The notes below the pieces were generated by a model. The model did no database searches and was not told the origin of the DNA. It was given only the letters and a program-made list of their open reading frames with translations. From an uncultured Acidobacteriota bacterium (GTDB lineage: Bacteria; Acidobacteriota; Vicinamibacteria; Vicinamibacterales; CAVVIG01): a DNA stretch of 64,000 nucleotides. The stretch covers positions 2,131,073 through 2,195,072 of the forward strand of contig CAVQEJ010000003.1 of assembly GCA_963711505.1 (NCBI GenBank), given 5' to 3'. Shown in pieces: positions 33,568-43,586 of this stretch. The position numbers were made by a program, and so were the translations under genes. Position 1 is the stretch's first letter; each line of letters starts with the position of its first letter.

Positions 33568-34578
33568 TCAGCGCGACGCACCGTCCGGCACCGGTGGCGG
33601 CTCCGCCACCGGCCGTTCCGATTCCTCGTCCCGCCGACGCGCGGCGAGCACGCCGTTCTTCCCGGTCTGTTTCACCGCGTACATCGCCGCGTCGGCCGCG
33701 CTCACCAGCGCCTCGGCCGTGTCGACCACGTCGGGCAGCGTGGCCACGCCGACCGAGGCCGTCACGCGGATGCCGGGCCCGTCCTCCAGGAACGGCGTCG
33801 CCTCGATCCGCGCCCGCACGCGCTCGCCGACGGCGTGCGCGCCCTCGGCGTGCGTCTCGGGCAGGACCACCGCGAACTCGTCACCGCCGAAGCGGGCCAC
33901 CACGTCCGTCTCGCGAGCGCTGCCCCGGATGACCGCCGCCACTTCCACCAGCGTCCGGCTGCCGGAGAGGTGCCCGAATCAATCGTTGACGGTCTTGAAC
34001 CCGTCGAGATCGATGAAGAGCAGCGACAGCGGCGAGCCGCTGCGCGCCGCCCGCTTGCTCTCGCGCCGGAGCGCCAGATTCAGGTAGCGGGAGTTGTAGA
34101 GCTGCGTGAGGTCGTCGGTGACCGACAGCGCCTCCAGCCGCTCGCGCTGCAGCGCGTGGTCCAGCGCTGCGGCCGCCGGCTCCAGCAGCGTGGCCATCGC
34201 CGCCACCAGGCGCCGGCCCGGACGCGGCGGACGCGCCGAGGACGTGCCCGCCAGCCCGACGAGTGCTCCCACCGTCCGATCGCGCCCCGGCAAGGGGAAG
34301 GCGACGACCGTCGCACTCGTTGTATCGGACACGCGGGCGTCGTCCCGCAGATCCGCTGTCACAAATTCCTGTCCGTGGTCGACGACCCAGGCCGCCACGG
34401 CCTCGGCGGCAGGCCCCAGCCCGCCGCCCAACTCCCGCCCGGCCAGCGTGATCAGCCGCCCCGACGGCTCGGCGGCCACCACAGCCCAGGCCGGCGCCGG
34501 CAGGGCCGACGCGAGCTGCCCGAGCACCGCATCGGCCACGCCGACGGCGTCGGCCGGCGCGTGCACGGCCCGCAACAT
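33568..34578 (-). CDS. GAF-like + GGDEF nucleotide cyclase, Hypr-type signature, in-frame TGA at 33979-33981 (start uncertain, may be further upstream)
   Basis: [34 protein letters not shown]-site, RFGGDEF; ORFs 33979..34926 and 33568..33948 are in the same frame. Confidence 0.85.
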
Positions 34579-35215
34579 CGCCACGAGCGCCGTGCGTCCG
34601 GCGAACCGGGCGCCCAGCGCCGGTGTCGACGGCCGCCACAGCCCCGCCGGATCGGCGGCCGCCTCAACGCGCGGTCTGCTTACTCGTCCCGCTGACAACG
34701 CACTGTTCTCGAATGTCCCCGATTCGACGGCCTCCACGCCGGGCCGGCGACCTCGCGCACGTCGCGCCGATCTGCCGGACAAGGCCGGTGAAGCCACCGT
34801 GGATGCGGACGACAGATTGTTCCAGGAAGCTCGCGCAGGCTGATTGTGCGGGGGCCGATCCGGATTCTTGGTCAACCGCCCTCGCAACAGTCCCGGCGCC
34901 CGCCCGGCGGGTGTGCGCTTCCGCACCCGACGCCGGTGGCCCCGCGACCCTCATCCCGCTAAGTTCTTCTATACCACGCAAATAATAACATAGGGGTGAC
35001 AAAATTGACGTCTTGTTGACACCAGACCGTCAGCGAAACCCGCCGCGGACCGCCCGGCACCGCCCGGCCGGATGTAACTGCTTGCAACAACGTAACTTCA
35101 TCGCGTACGATGAGGTGAAAGTTTCGACGTCATCATTCCGTCCCTCGCCGCGGACACGGCCGTCCGGCCGGGCTCGCGGGGAGAAGGACGGACAGGATCA
35201 GGAGCCGTTGCTGCC

Positions 35216-37138
35216 ATGACCATGCTCAGCCGGATGCGCCGGCATCTGGGCGTCCTCAAGTGGATTCTCGCCGTCGTCTGTCTCGCATTCGTTGTCTTCT
35301 ACATCCCCGATTTCCTGCAGTCGAATGCGGGCGCCTCCGGGCGCGACACGGTGGCGTCGGTCGACGGGCACGCGATCACGGCCAGCGAGTTCCAGCGCAG
35401 CTACCAGGCGCAGCTCGACTCGTACCGCACCGCCTACGGCGGCAAGATCAGCGACCAGATGCTGCGCCAGCTCGGCATCGATCAGCAGATCCTGCAGCAG
35501 ATGGTCGACGAGCGGGCGGCGGTCAGCGAGGCCGGACGACTCGGCCTGTCGGTCAGCGACGCCGAGGTGCGCGACGCGATCTTCACGATGCCGGCGTTCC
35601 AGCAGAACGGGAAGTTCATCGGCGAGACACGCTACCTCGCGCTGCTGAACGCGCAGCGGCCGCCGCTCAACCCGTCGCAGTTCGAGTCGAGCGTGCGCGA
35701 CAGCCTGCTGGTGCAGAAGCTGCGCGACACGGTGACGGGCTGGATCACGCTGTCGGATGCCGAGGCGCAGCAGGCGTACCACGAGCAGCACGACAAGGTG
35801 AAGCTCGACCTGGTGACCATCCCGGCCGACACGTTCATGATGAACGTGAAGGTGACCGACGCCCAGGTGTCGGCGTACTTCGATCAGCACAAGGAGCAGT
35901 ACCGGATCGGCGAGAAACGGCGCGTCAAGTACGTGCTGGTCGACGTCGACGCGCTCCAGAAGCAGATCAACGTGTCGGCGGCGGACATCGAGAAGTACTA
36001 CAACGACAACATCCAGATGTACTCGACGCCCGAGCAGATCCGCGTCCGCCACATCCTGTTCAAGACGACCGCCAAGGACGACGCGACGGTGAAGGCGGAG
36101 GCGGAGAAGGTGCTGGCCATGGCGAAGGCCGGCGCGAACTTCGCCGACCTCGCGAAGAAGTACTCGCAGGACGAGGCGACCGCCAAGCTGGGCGGCGACC
36201 TCGACTACTTCACCCGCGGCAAGATGGTGCCCGCGTTCGACCAGGCGGCCTTCGCGCTGAAGCCGGGCGAGATCAGCGGGCTGGTGAAGACGCAGTACGG
36301 CTACCACATCATCAAGATGGAGGACCGCAAGCCGGCCGTCACCAAGCCGCTCGTGCAGGTGCAGGGGGCCATTCAGGACCAGCTCGCCGCGCAGCGTGCC
36401 CATGCCCAGGCCGCCGACCAGATCGAGAAGCTGGCCGGCGAGATCCACGGCGAGGCCGATCTCCAGAAGGTCGCCACGCAGGCCGGGCTCACGGTGCAGG
36501 AGTCGGACTACTTCCTGCCCGGCGAGCCGATCCTCGGCCTCGGGCCGTCTCCGGACGCCTCCCAGACCGCGTTCGCGCTGAAGCCCGGCCAGGTGACCGG
36601 ACCGGTGCAGGTGTCGCGCGGCTTCGCCATCCTCGCGCTCGACGGCACCGAGGCCCCCTACATCCCGAAGCTCGACGAGGTGAAGGACAAGGTCCGGCAG
36701 GACGTGGTGCGGGAGCAGGCGACCGCGATGGCGCGCGCGCAGGCCGAGGCCCTGGACGCGAAGCTGAAGGCGAAGCCGGACGACTTCGACCAGATCGCGA
36801 AGGCCGACAAGCTGACGCCGCAGTCGACCGCGCTGATGGCGCGGCACACGCCGCTGCCCGGCATCGGCACCAGCCCGGCCGTCGATGCGGCCGCCTTCTC
36901 GCTGCCCGTCGGCGGCGTCAGCGGTCCCATCACGACGCAGAACGGCGTCGCGATCCTCCGGGTCGCCGAGCGGCAGATCGCCACGCCGCAGGAGTACGCC
37001 AAGGATCGGGACCAGTTCAGGGATCAGCTGCTCGCCCAGCGGCGGGCGCAGTTCTTCGCCGCCTACATGGACAAGGCGAAGGCCAGGATGAAGATCCTCG
37101 TCAACCGCGAGACGCTGCAGCGGGTCGTGGGAACGTAA
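35216..37138 (+). CDS. ppiD: PpiD/SurA-family peptidylprolyl isomerase chaperone
   Basis: N-terminal TM, SurA-N region, parvulin RVRHIL...FADLAKKYSQD...GGDL...TQYGYHII. Confidence 0.88.
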   Translation: MTMLSRMRRHLGVLKWILAVVCLAFVVFYIPDFLQSNAGASGRDTVASVDGHAITASEFQRSYQAQLDSYRTAYGGKISDQMLRQLGIDQQILQQMVDERAAVSEAGRLGLSVSDAEVRDAIFTMPAFQQNGKFIGETRYLALLNAQRPPLNPSQFESSVRDSLLVQKLRDTVTGWITLSDAEAQQAYHEQHDKVKLDLVTIPADTFMMNVKVTDAQVSAYFDQHKEQYRIGEKRRVKYVLVDVDALQKQINVSAADIEKYYNDNIQMYSTPEQIRVRHILFKTTAKDDATVKAEAEKVLAMAKAGANFADLAKKYSQDEATAKLGGDLDYFTRGKMVPAFDQAAFALKPGEISGLVKTQYGYHIIKMEDRKPAVTKPLVQVQGAIQDQLAAQRAHAQAADQIEKLAGEIHGEADLQKVATQAGLTVQESDYFLPGEPILGLGPSPDASQTAFALKPGQVTGPVQVSRGFAILALDGTEAPYIPKLDEVKDKVRQDVVREQATAMARAQAEALDAKLKAKPDDFDQIAKADKLTPQSTALMARHTPLPGIGTSPAVDAAAFSLPVGGVSGPITTQNGVAILRVAERQIATPQEYAKDRDQFRDQLLAQRRAQFFAAYMDKAKARMKILVNRETLQRVVGT

Positions 37139-37151
37139 GGGACGGACGGTC

Positions 37152-37186
37152 GATTGGGATTAGGGATTAGGGATTAGGGATTGGGG
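37152..37186. repeat. Heptamer tandem repeat (GGGATTA)
   Basis: gattgggattagggattagggattagggattggg. Confidence 0.8.
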
Positions 37187-37240
37187 GGCCTGGCGGGGCC
37201 AGGCCTTCCCCACTCCCCGGCACCGCCAGGGCTCACCGCA

Positions 37241-38860
37241 TCAGCCGTCCGCACGCGCTCCCAGATAGCGCAGCAGCACGACCGTCTGGTCGTCGCTCGG
37301 TTCGGCACCCGCACAGAACGCCTTCACGGCCTCCAGCAGCGCGGTCATCAGATCCGGCACCGGGTCGGCGGCGCGCGCCTGCACGACCTCCAGGATCCGA
37401 TCGTCGCCGAAGTCGTTGCCCGCCACGTCGAACGCTTCACTGATGCCGTCGCTGAACAGCACGAGCAGGTCGCCCGGCTCGAGCGTGATCGTCTCCTCGT
37501 CGTACGGCACGTCCGGGAACAGGCCGACCACGAGCCCGCCGGTCTCGAGACGGCGCGTGCCGTGGGCGCCGACGAGGAACGGCGGGTTGTGACCGGCATT
37601 GCAGTACGTGAAGCGGCCGTCGGGCGCGAGCACGCCGTAGAACGCCGTCGCGTAGCGCGCACTGACCGCGCGCCGGATCAGTCCGTCGTTGATCCGCGCC
37701 ATCGTCGCCGCCGGCCCCCCCGTGGCGGCCTGTGCCGCGATCATCCCCTGGAGCATCGCCGTGAGCAGCGCGGCCGGCGGCCCCTTGCCCGCCACGTCGC
37801 CGAGGGCCAGGCCGAAGGCATCCGGCGCCTGGTCGACGTACTCGAAGAAGTCTCCGCCGATCGCGCGGCACGGCGTCGACGAGCCGATGACGTCGAAGTG
37901 CGCCTCCGTGCGCCGCGCCTGCGGCAGCAGCGCCTGCTGGATCTCGGCGGCGATCGCCAGTTCGCGATCCAGCCGCGCCTTCGCTTCCGACTCGCGGTAC
38001 AGCCGCGCGTGTTCGATGGCGGCCGCGGCTTCGTGCGCGAGCGTCTCGAGCGCCGAGACGGCGGTCGACGACAGCAGGGCGCCGCGCTCGCGGCTGTCCA
38101 GGTAGAGCACGCCGATGCGCCGCGGCTCGCGCGGCCCGTCCGGCGCGTCGACGTACTGCACGAGATCGAGCGGCACGCACAGCACGTGCCGGATGCCGAC
38201 GGCAATCGTCCCTTCGTGCTGCCCGGCCAGCTCCTCGTCCAGCAGGTCGCTGACGAGGCGCGCGTCGCCGGTGGCGAAGACGTCCTCGGGGATCTTCCGG
38301 CTCGTGGCGAAGCGCTGGCCCGAGAGCGAGACCTTCCCTCGCGCCCGCCCCATCTTGAACTCGAGCCGTCCGTCCGCTCCGGCGAGCATGATGAAGCCAC
38401 GCTCGGCGCCCGTGACGTCGATGGCCGAGTCCAGGACGATCTGCAGCACCTCATCCAGCACGCGGCCCCCGCCCAGCGCGCGCAGGCTCTCGAGCAGCGC
38501 CGCCATCCGGCGCAGGTCGTCGACGGCCGACGCCGCCGACCGCTCGATCGACGGCCCGCCCGCGTCGGTCAGGAAGACCACCTCGAGCCCGCGGCTGAAC
38601 CCGAACCGCAGGCGGTCGCCGTGCTGCAGCGCCCGTTCGGTCACCTGCTCGTCGTTGACGAACGTGCCGTACCGCGATCCGAGGTCGCGCAGCAGGTAGG
38701 TGCCGTCGTCCCGGACGATCTCCGCGTGGTCGCGGGAGCTGTCGCTGCCCGACAGCGACAGGTGATGGCTGCCGCGCCGGCCGATCGTGAACGTCGAGAC
38801 CTCGAGCGGCAGCATGCGCGTGCCGAGCGCGTCGGTCACCGAGAGGCGCGGTTCCGCCAT
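37241..38860 (-). CDS. FHA + GAF + PP2C/SpoIIE (RsbU-like) phosphatase
   Basis: FHA: IGR...SRDHA...DLGSRYGT; GAF; PP2C: GGDFF, GDVAGKG, NAGHNPP, FSDGISE, DDQT. Confidence 0.9.
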   Translation of the reverse strand: MAEPRLSVTDALGTRMLPLEVSTFTIGRRGSHHLSLSGSDSSRDHAEIVRDDGTYLLRDLGSRYGTFVNDEQVTERALQHGDRLRFGFSRGLEVVFLTDAGGPSIERSAASAVDDLRRMAALLESLRALGGGRVLDEVLQIVLDSAIDVTGAERGFIMLAGADGRLEFKMGRARGKVSLSGQRFATSRKIPEDVFATGDARLVSDLLDEELAGQHEGTIAVGIRHVLCVPLDLVQYVDAPDGPREPRRIGVLYLDSRERGALLSSTAVSALETLAHEAAAAIEHARLYRESEAKARLDRELAIAAEIQQALLPQARRTEAHFDVIGSSTPCRAIGGDFFEYVDQAPDAFGLALGDVAGKGPPAALLTAMLQGMIAAQAATGGPAATMARINDGLIRRAVSARYATAFYGVLAPDGRFTYCNAGHNPPFLVGAHGTRRLETGGLVVGLFPDVPYDEETITLEPGDLLVLFSDGISEAFDVAGNDFGDDRILEVVQARAADPVPDLMTALLEAVKAFCAGAEPSDDQTVVLLRYLGARADG

Positions 38861-38888
38861 CCGTGTCTCCTTCCCCTCAACCCGATCC

Positions 38889-40649
38889 CTACCGAAGAAA
38901 CGCGTTCGGCATGAGCGCCAGCGGCTCGCCGCGCCTGAACAGCATGAGCGGCGCCTGCAGGGTGTCCATGGCCCGGATCTCCCCCGGCCGGAAGAGCGCC
39001 GACAGCAGCGTCGACTCTCCGGCGCCGCTGAACTGACGGGCGATGAGATCGTAGAGACTCCGGCGCGGCGGGTACACCACGATCTGCACCGACTGGCCGG
39101 CGGGGATCTTCGCCCGCGCCTTCGCAATGGCAATCGCGCGGTCGAGGCCGCCGAGCTCGTCGACCAGGCCGTTGGCCTTCGCCTGCCGCCCGGTCCAGAC
39201 CCGTCCCTGCCCGATGGCGTCGATCTGCTCGGGCGTCTTGTGCCGCGCCGCCGCGGCCTTCTCGACGAACTGGTCGTAGAACGCCTGGAGCTCCTGTTCC
39301 AGCTTCTTCTGCTCGTCGGGCGTGTAGGGCCGGGCGGGCGAGTTCATCTGCGCGTACTTGCCCGTGCTCACCGCGTCGAGCGCCGCCCCGAGCTTCGCGA
39401 AGGTGCCGCCGGTGACCATCTTGCCGCCGAAGATGCCGATCGAGCCGGTCAGCGTTCCGGGCTGCGCGACGATCACCTGCGCCGGCATCGCGATGTAGTA
39501 GCCGCCCGAGGCCGCCAGGTCGGACATCGAGGCGATGAGCGGCCGGCCGGGATCCTCCTTCTTGGTGACCTCCAGCGCCCGCCAGATGGCATCGGAGGCG
39601 GTGGCCGAGCCGCCTGGGCTGTCGATCCGGAGCACGATGGCGCGAATGGAGCGGTCGCGCCGCGCCGCGCGGATGCTCTCGATGAGCGAGGTCGATCCGA
39701 CCACCGCCCCTTCCGACGGGCTGTACCCGCTCTGTCCCGACACGATGGCTCCGTCGGCGTAGATGACGGCAATCCGCGGTCCGCGATCCAGGCCGAGCGA
39801 GGTCGCGCTCACCTGCGCATAGCTGTCGCCGTCGATCGTCTTCATCGCGCCGTAGTCGTGCCGCAGGCCCTGTTCGACCTGATCCTCGTAGGACAGGTCG
39901 TCGACCAGGCCGGTGCGCAGCGCGTCTTCCGGCAGGAACGGCCCTTCGTCGATCAACGTGCGGACGTCGGCGGCCCGCATCTGGCGGCCCTTGGCGATGG
40001 TGTCGACCAGCTGGCCGACCAGGTCGTTGTTCAACGACTCGTCCATCTCGCGGTGGGCGGCCGTGAAGCCCTTCTGGGTGTAGGTGTTGATGGCCGTCTT
40101 GTAGTCGCCGATGTGATGGTAGTCGGGATACGCCCCGATCTTGTCGAGCGTGCCGCGCAGGAACAACTCGTAGGTGGCGAGCCCCGTGAGGTCGAGCTCG
40201 CTCGACGGAATCAGATAGATGTGATCGCAGGCGGTCGCCAGGTCGTATTCCTGCTCGCCGGGATCCTCGAGGTAGGCGACGATCGGCTTGCCCGATCGCC
40301 GGTAGTCGAGGATCGCGTCGCGCACTTCCTGCACCTTGCCCCAGTACGGCGTGTCGAGCCCCGACGGCTCGATGAGCACGGCCTGGATCCGCGGATCCAC
40401 CTTCGCCTTGTGCAGCATCGTCACCAGGCCGCGCACGGTGCTCGTCGGCGCCTGCTGCAGGTAGCCGACCACGTTGGCGGGGGCCCGTTCGGTGAGGGCA
40501 CCGTTGATGCGGAGGACGAGCAGCGCCTTGCCCGGCACGGCGGGACCGCGGGTCAGGAAGTAGTAGAAGCCGAACATCCCGGCCACCGAGATGAAGCAGG
40601 CCACCAGGATGAACGCAAGGACGAACACGACGCCGCGGCGCAGACTCAC
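38889..40649 (-). CDS. sppA: Signal peptide peptidase SppA (long form)
   Basis: GDYKTA, RIDSPGGS, AASGGYY, TGSIG, GRVWTG. Confidence 0.94.
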   Translation of the reverse strand: MSLRRGVVFVLAFILVACFISVAGMFGFYYFLTRGPAVPGKALLVLRINGALTERAPANVVGYLQQAPTSTVRGLVTMLHKAKVDPRIQAVLIEPSGLDTPYWGKVQEVRDAILDYRRSGKPIVAYLEDPGEQEYDLATACDHIYLIPSSELDLTGLATYELFLRGTLDKIGAYPDYHHIGDYKTAINTYTQKGFTAAHREMDESLNNDLVGQLVDTIAKGRQMRAADVRTLIDEGPFLPEDALRTGLVDDLSYEDQVEQGLRHDYGAMKTIDGDSYAQVSATSLGLDRGPRIAVIYADGAIVSGQSGYSPSEGAVVGSTSLIESIRAARRDRSIRAIVLRIDSPGGSATASDAIWRALEVTKKEDPGRPLIASMSDLAASGGYYIAMPAQVIVAQPGTLTGSIGIFGGKMVTGGTFAKLGAALDAVSTGKYAQMNSPARPYTPDEQKKLEQELQAFYDQFVEKAAAARHKTPEQIDAIGQGRVWTGRQAKANGLVDELGGLDRAIAIAKARAKIPAGQSVQIVVYPPRRSLYDLIARQFSGAGESTLLSALFRPGEIRAMDTLQAPLMLFRRGEPLALMPNAFLR

Positions 40650-40764
40650 AGGATGCCTCCTTGCGGGAACGGATGAGGGCCGGCGCAGCCAGCAGGTATT
40701 TTACTCGGGGCTCGGGACTTGGCGCTCGGGCCCCCGCAGAGAACTTCGCCGAAGGCCAGGCCGA

Positions 40765-40810
40765 GCCGCCCCTCGACCGGGCTCGGGGCGCCCTGAGCGA
40801 AGTCGAAGGG
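40765..40810. repeat. REP-like element, family 3 (CCCTTCGACTTCGCTCAGGGCG...GTCGAGGGG on minus strand)
   Basis: Internal palindrome; degenerate inverted copy at 41141-41179. Confidence 0.65.
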
Positions 40811-40977
40811 CGAGGACATGGGAATCCGAGGCGAGGCATCGGCGTCAGTTCCGCGCGGGGGTGGGGCCCCGCGCGCACTGAGATGTATGCTGGCTCGGGG
40901 CTCCTGGAGTGCGGCGCTTTTCCTGGCGGGCGTGGATGCGCTATACTGTCGGTTCCTGCCGGCGGTGTTCCTCGCGT

Positions 40978-41064
40978 GCGGAAGTGGCGGAACTGGCAGA
41001 CGCGCAAGCCTCAGGAGCTTGTGGCCGCAAGGTCGTGGAGGTTCAAATCCTCTCTTCCGCACCA
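40978..41064 (+). tRNA. tRNA-Leu(CAG)
   Basis: Acceptor stem GCGGAAG/CTTCCGC, anticodon arm CAAGC-CTCAGGA-GCTTG, long variable arm, GGTTCAAATCC T-loop, encoded CCA. Confidence 0.97.
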
Positions 41065-41072
41065 GCTTAATC

Positions 41073-41430
41073 GGGGCTCTGCCCCGAACCCCGGCTCCCT
41101 TCGTTCCGCTCGCAATCCAGCTCGCTCCACTCCGGTCGCGGCTCGATGGACTCAGGGCGCGAGCTGGTCGAGGGGCGGCCGCGCCGTGCGCGCCGTTACG
41201 CGACGGGGCTCTGCCCCGAACCCTCGCCTTCGCGCGCTACGCTTCGGCGGAGCCCGCCGAAGCGACCGCGGCCTTCAACGGTCGCGAAGGCGGCCGGCTC
41301 CCTTCACTCGCTCGCCGACGCAGCTCGCTCCGTGCATCGTTTGAATGGCGGGCGCCCCCGCACCCCGCCAGGCTCGCAGCGTTCCGCTCGCGCTTCGTCG
41401 CTCGCTCCCCGCTGTTCGCGCGGGGCCGCG
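41073..41430. repeat. Composite nested REP cluster (families 1, 2, 3)
   Basis: Two GGGGCTCTGCCCCGAACC heads; family 3 insert at 41141-41179; family 2 insert at 41225-41293. Confidence 0.7.
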
Positions 41431-41707
41431 GCACGCGCCGTGCGGCTGCGTGAGGAGATCCGCGCCAGCGACGAGGAGACCCGGCGCTACATGCGCGTGC
41501 TGCACGAAGCGGTCATCTCCCGCATCGCGCTGCTGCAGGAGGGCCTCGGCGGTCAGGGCGGAGCGCCGCCCGCCCATTCGTAGGCGGCATGCCTGCACCC
41601 GCCGGCGAACGTCCCGGCCCGGGTGCTACAATCCCCCGTTCATCTCAGCCCTGCCTGGCCACTGTTCCAGGCGGCCGCGCATCCGGCCGCGGGAACCGGG
41701 AGTCTCC

Positions 41708-43016
41708 ATGCGTACGCTCTCTGCCGCCCTGCTGGCCCTGCTGGTCGCGTCGCTCGCCGCGCGTCGCCGCGCACGCCGATCGACCCGGCAGGCGCCTGCG
41801 TCAGCCGACGCCGCGCCGCTCCACGAGCTGAAGCAGCTCTATGACGCGCGCGACTTCTTCACGATGAGCGACCGGCTGCAGGCGCTCGACGACACCGACT
41901 CGCCCGGCCTCCGCTTCTACACCGCCGTCGTCCAGAACGCGTTCAACGAGCCCGAGGAATCGAACGACACGCTGCGCGACCTGCTGGCCACGGCGGACCT
42001 CGCCCCGACGCTCCGGCGCGACGCGCTCAACGTCCGGCGGCGCAACGACGTCCGGCTCGGCGACTACCGGGCCGTCGTCGAGGACGCGAAGCAGATTCTC
42101 GCGATGCCGGGCCACCCGGTGCCGGACGACACGAAGGACATCCGGAACGAGCTCACGCTGTTCGCCGCGCTGGACGACGTGCCGCCGCAGCGTACCGTCA
42201 TTCAGCGACGACACGACGATTGCGCTCCAGCCCGACCAAGCCGGCGGCCGATGCGTGCCGGTGACGATCGGCAATGCGAAACGGTGCTACATCCTGGACT
42301 CGGGCGCGAACTTCTCGGTGCTGATGCGCTCGGAAGCCGAAGCGCTCGGCCTGACGATCGTCAAGGCCGGCTTCGAGGTCGGCACCTCCACGGACGTGAA
42401 GGTGACCGCCGACCTGACCGTCGCGCCGCACCTCACCATCGGATCGATCGAGTACGACCACGTGATCTTCCTCGTGTTTCCGGACCGGCTGCTCAGCTTT
42501 CCGGGCGGCGTCCGCATTCCCGGCATCCTCGGCTTCCCGGTGCTGGAAGCGATGGGCGAAGTCCGGTACATCGGCGACAACGACATCGAGATCCCGAAGA
42601 CGCCGCCGCCGCGCCCGCCCCACACCCTGGCGCTCGACCAGCTGAAGCTGCTGACGCCGATCGAATACGGCGGCCGGACGATGGTCTGCCGGGTGGACAC
42701 CGGCGCCGATCGCACGGTGTTCTACGAGCCGTTCTTCCGGGCGTTCGGAGCGATGGTGACGAAGCTGGGCACGCCGCACACGACGCGGACGGGCGGCGTC
42801 GGCGGCATCCGCGAGATTCCGGGCTTCCGCCTGCCGTCGCTCCGCATCACGCTCGGAGGCCGGCCCGTCTCGCTCGCACCGGTCGACGTGTACACGAAGT
42901 CGATCACCGACGCGCGCGACAACACGGCGTACTGCAACCTCGGGCGGAACGCGTTCGCGAAATTCGACTCCTACGCCTTCAACTTCCGATCGATGTCGCT
43001 GGTGCTGGGACGGTGA
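41708..43016 (+). CDS. Secreted retropepsin-like aspartyl protease with two catalytic domains (frameshifted)
   Basis: Signal peptide, ILDSGANFS and VDTGADRT motifs, GILG motif; frame change near 42205. Confidence 0.8.
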
Positions 43017-43110
43017 ATCGGGGATCGGGGGGACGGGGTCAGACGCAGATCCCGGCCGGCCTGCGGGCGGACACCCGCGCGACCGGCCGGAACTGCGAGC
43101 GGGGACGGAT

Positions 43111-43453
43111 CTACTTCGCCGGCTTGACGCTCTTGACCTGGACGGTCTCTCCCTTGACGGTACCCGTCACGGACGCGTCCTTCCCGGCGAGCTTGTACAG
43201 CTCGGCCTTGGCCATCTTGCCGGACTCCTCGAGCGTGTAGACCTTGGTGCCGACGACCAGCGCGTAGCTGGCGCCTCTCTTCACGCAGGCATGGGTGCAC
43301 GCCGCCGCGTTGGCGATGTGGTGATGCGCGCCGCACATCGAGTCACTCACCACGCCCGTTCAGGGTCTGCGTCGCCGCCATCGCCGATGGTGCCACCAGC
43401 AACAGCGCTCCGGCCAGCACGCCTCCCGTCATCAGACTGCTCAGCTTCTTCAT
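43111..43453 (-). CDS. Small secreted Cys/His-motif protein (frameshift near 43355); paralog of 55932-56279
   Basis: GGAGGAG RBS, MKKLSS signal peptide, DSMCGAHH...CTHACVKRG..YAL. Confidence 0.75.
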
Positions 43454-43586
43454 CGAATCACTCCTCCACATGAGCTTTGTCGTCCCGCGGCCGGTCAATC
43501 GCGCGCCGGCCGCACCTTCGGGTTACGACACCCGATCGCACTGATTGGTTCCCAGTGCTGAGGTGGACGCGGAACGGATCAGCTCA

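Noticed and set aside
33979..34010. Selenocysteine at the GGDEF TGA
   Set aside because: This position is not normally Cys in GGDEF domains, the downstream hairpin is minimal, and a CGA-to-TGA change explains it more simply.
34930..35215. GEMM (c-di-GMP/cGAMP) riboswitch near the GGDEF gene or elsewhere
   Set aside because: No recognisable GEMM-I core motif by eye; an Infernal search with the c-di-GMP-I model would be needed to exclude it.
41450..41583. Short coding-like fragment LREEIRASDEETRRYMRVLHEAVISRIALLQEG
   Set aside because: It looks like the 3' remnant of a small gene truncated by the REP cluster, but it has no clear start or identifiable family.
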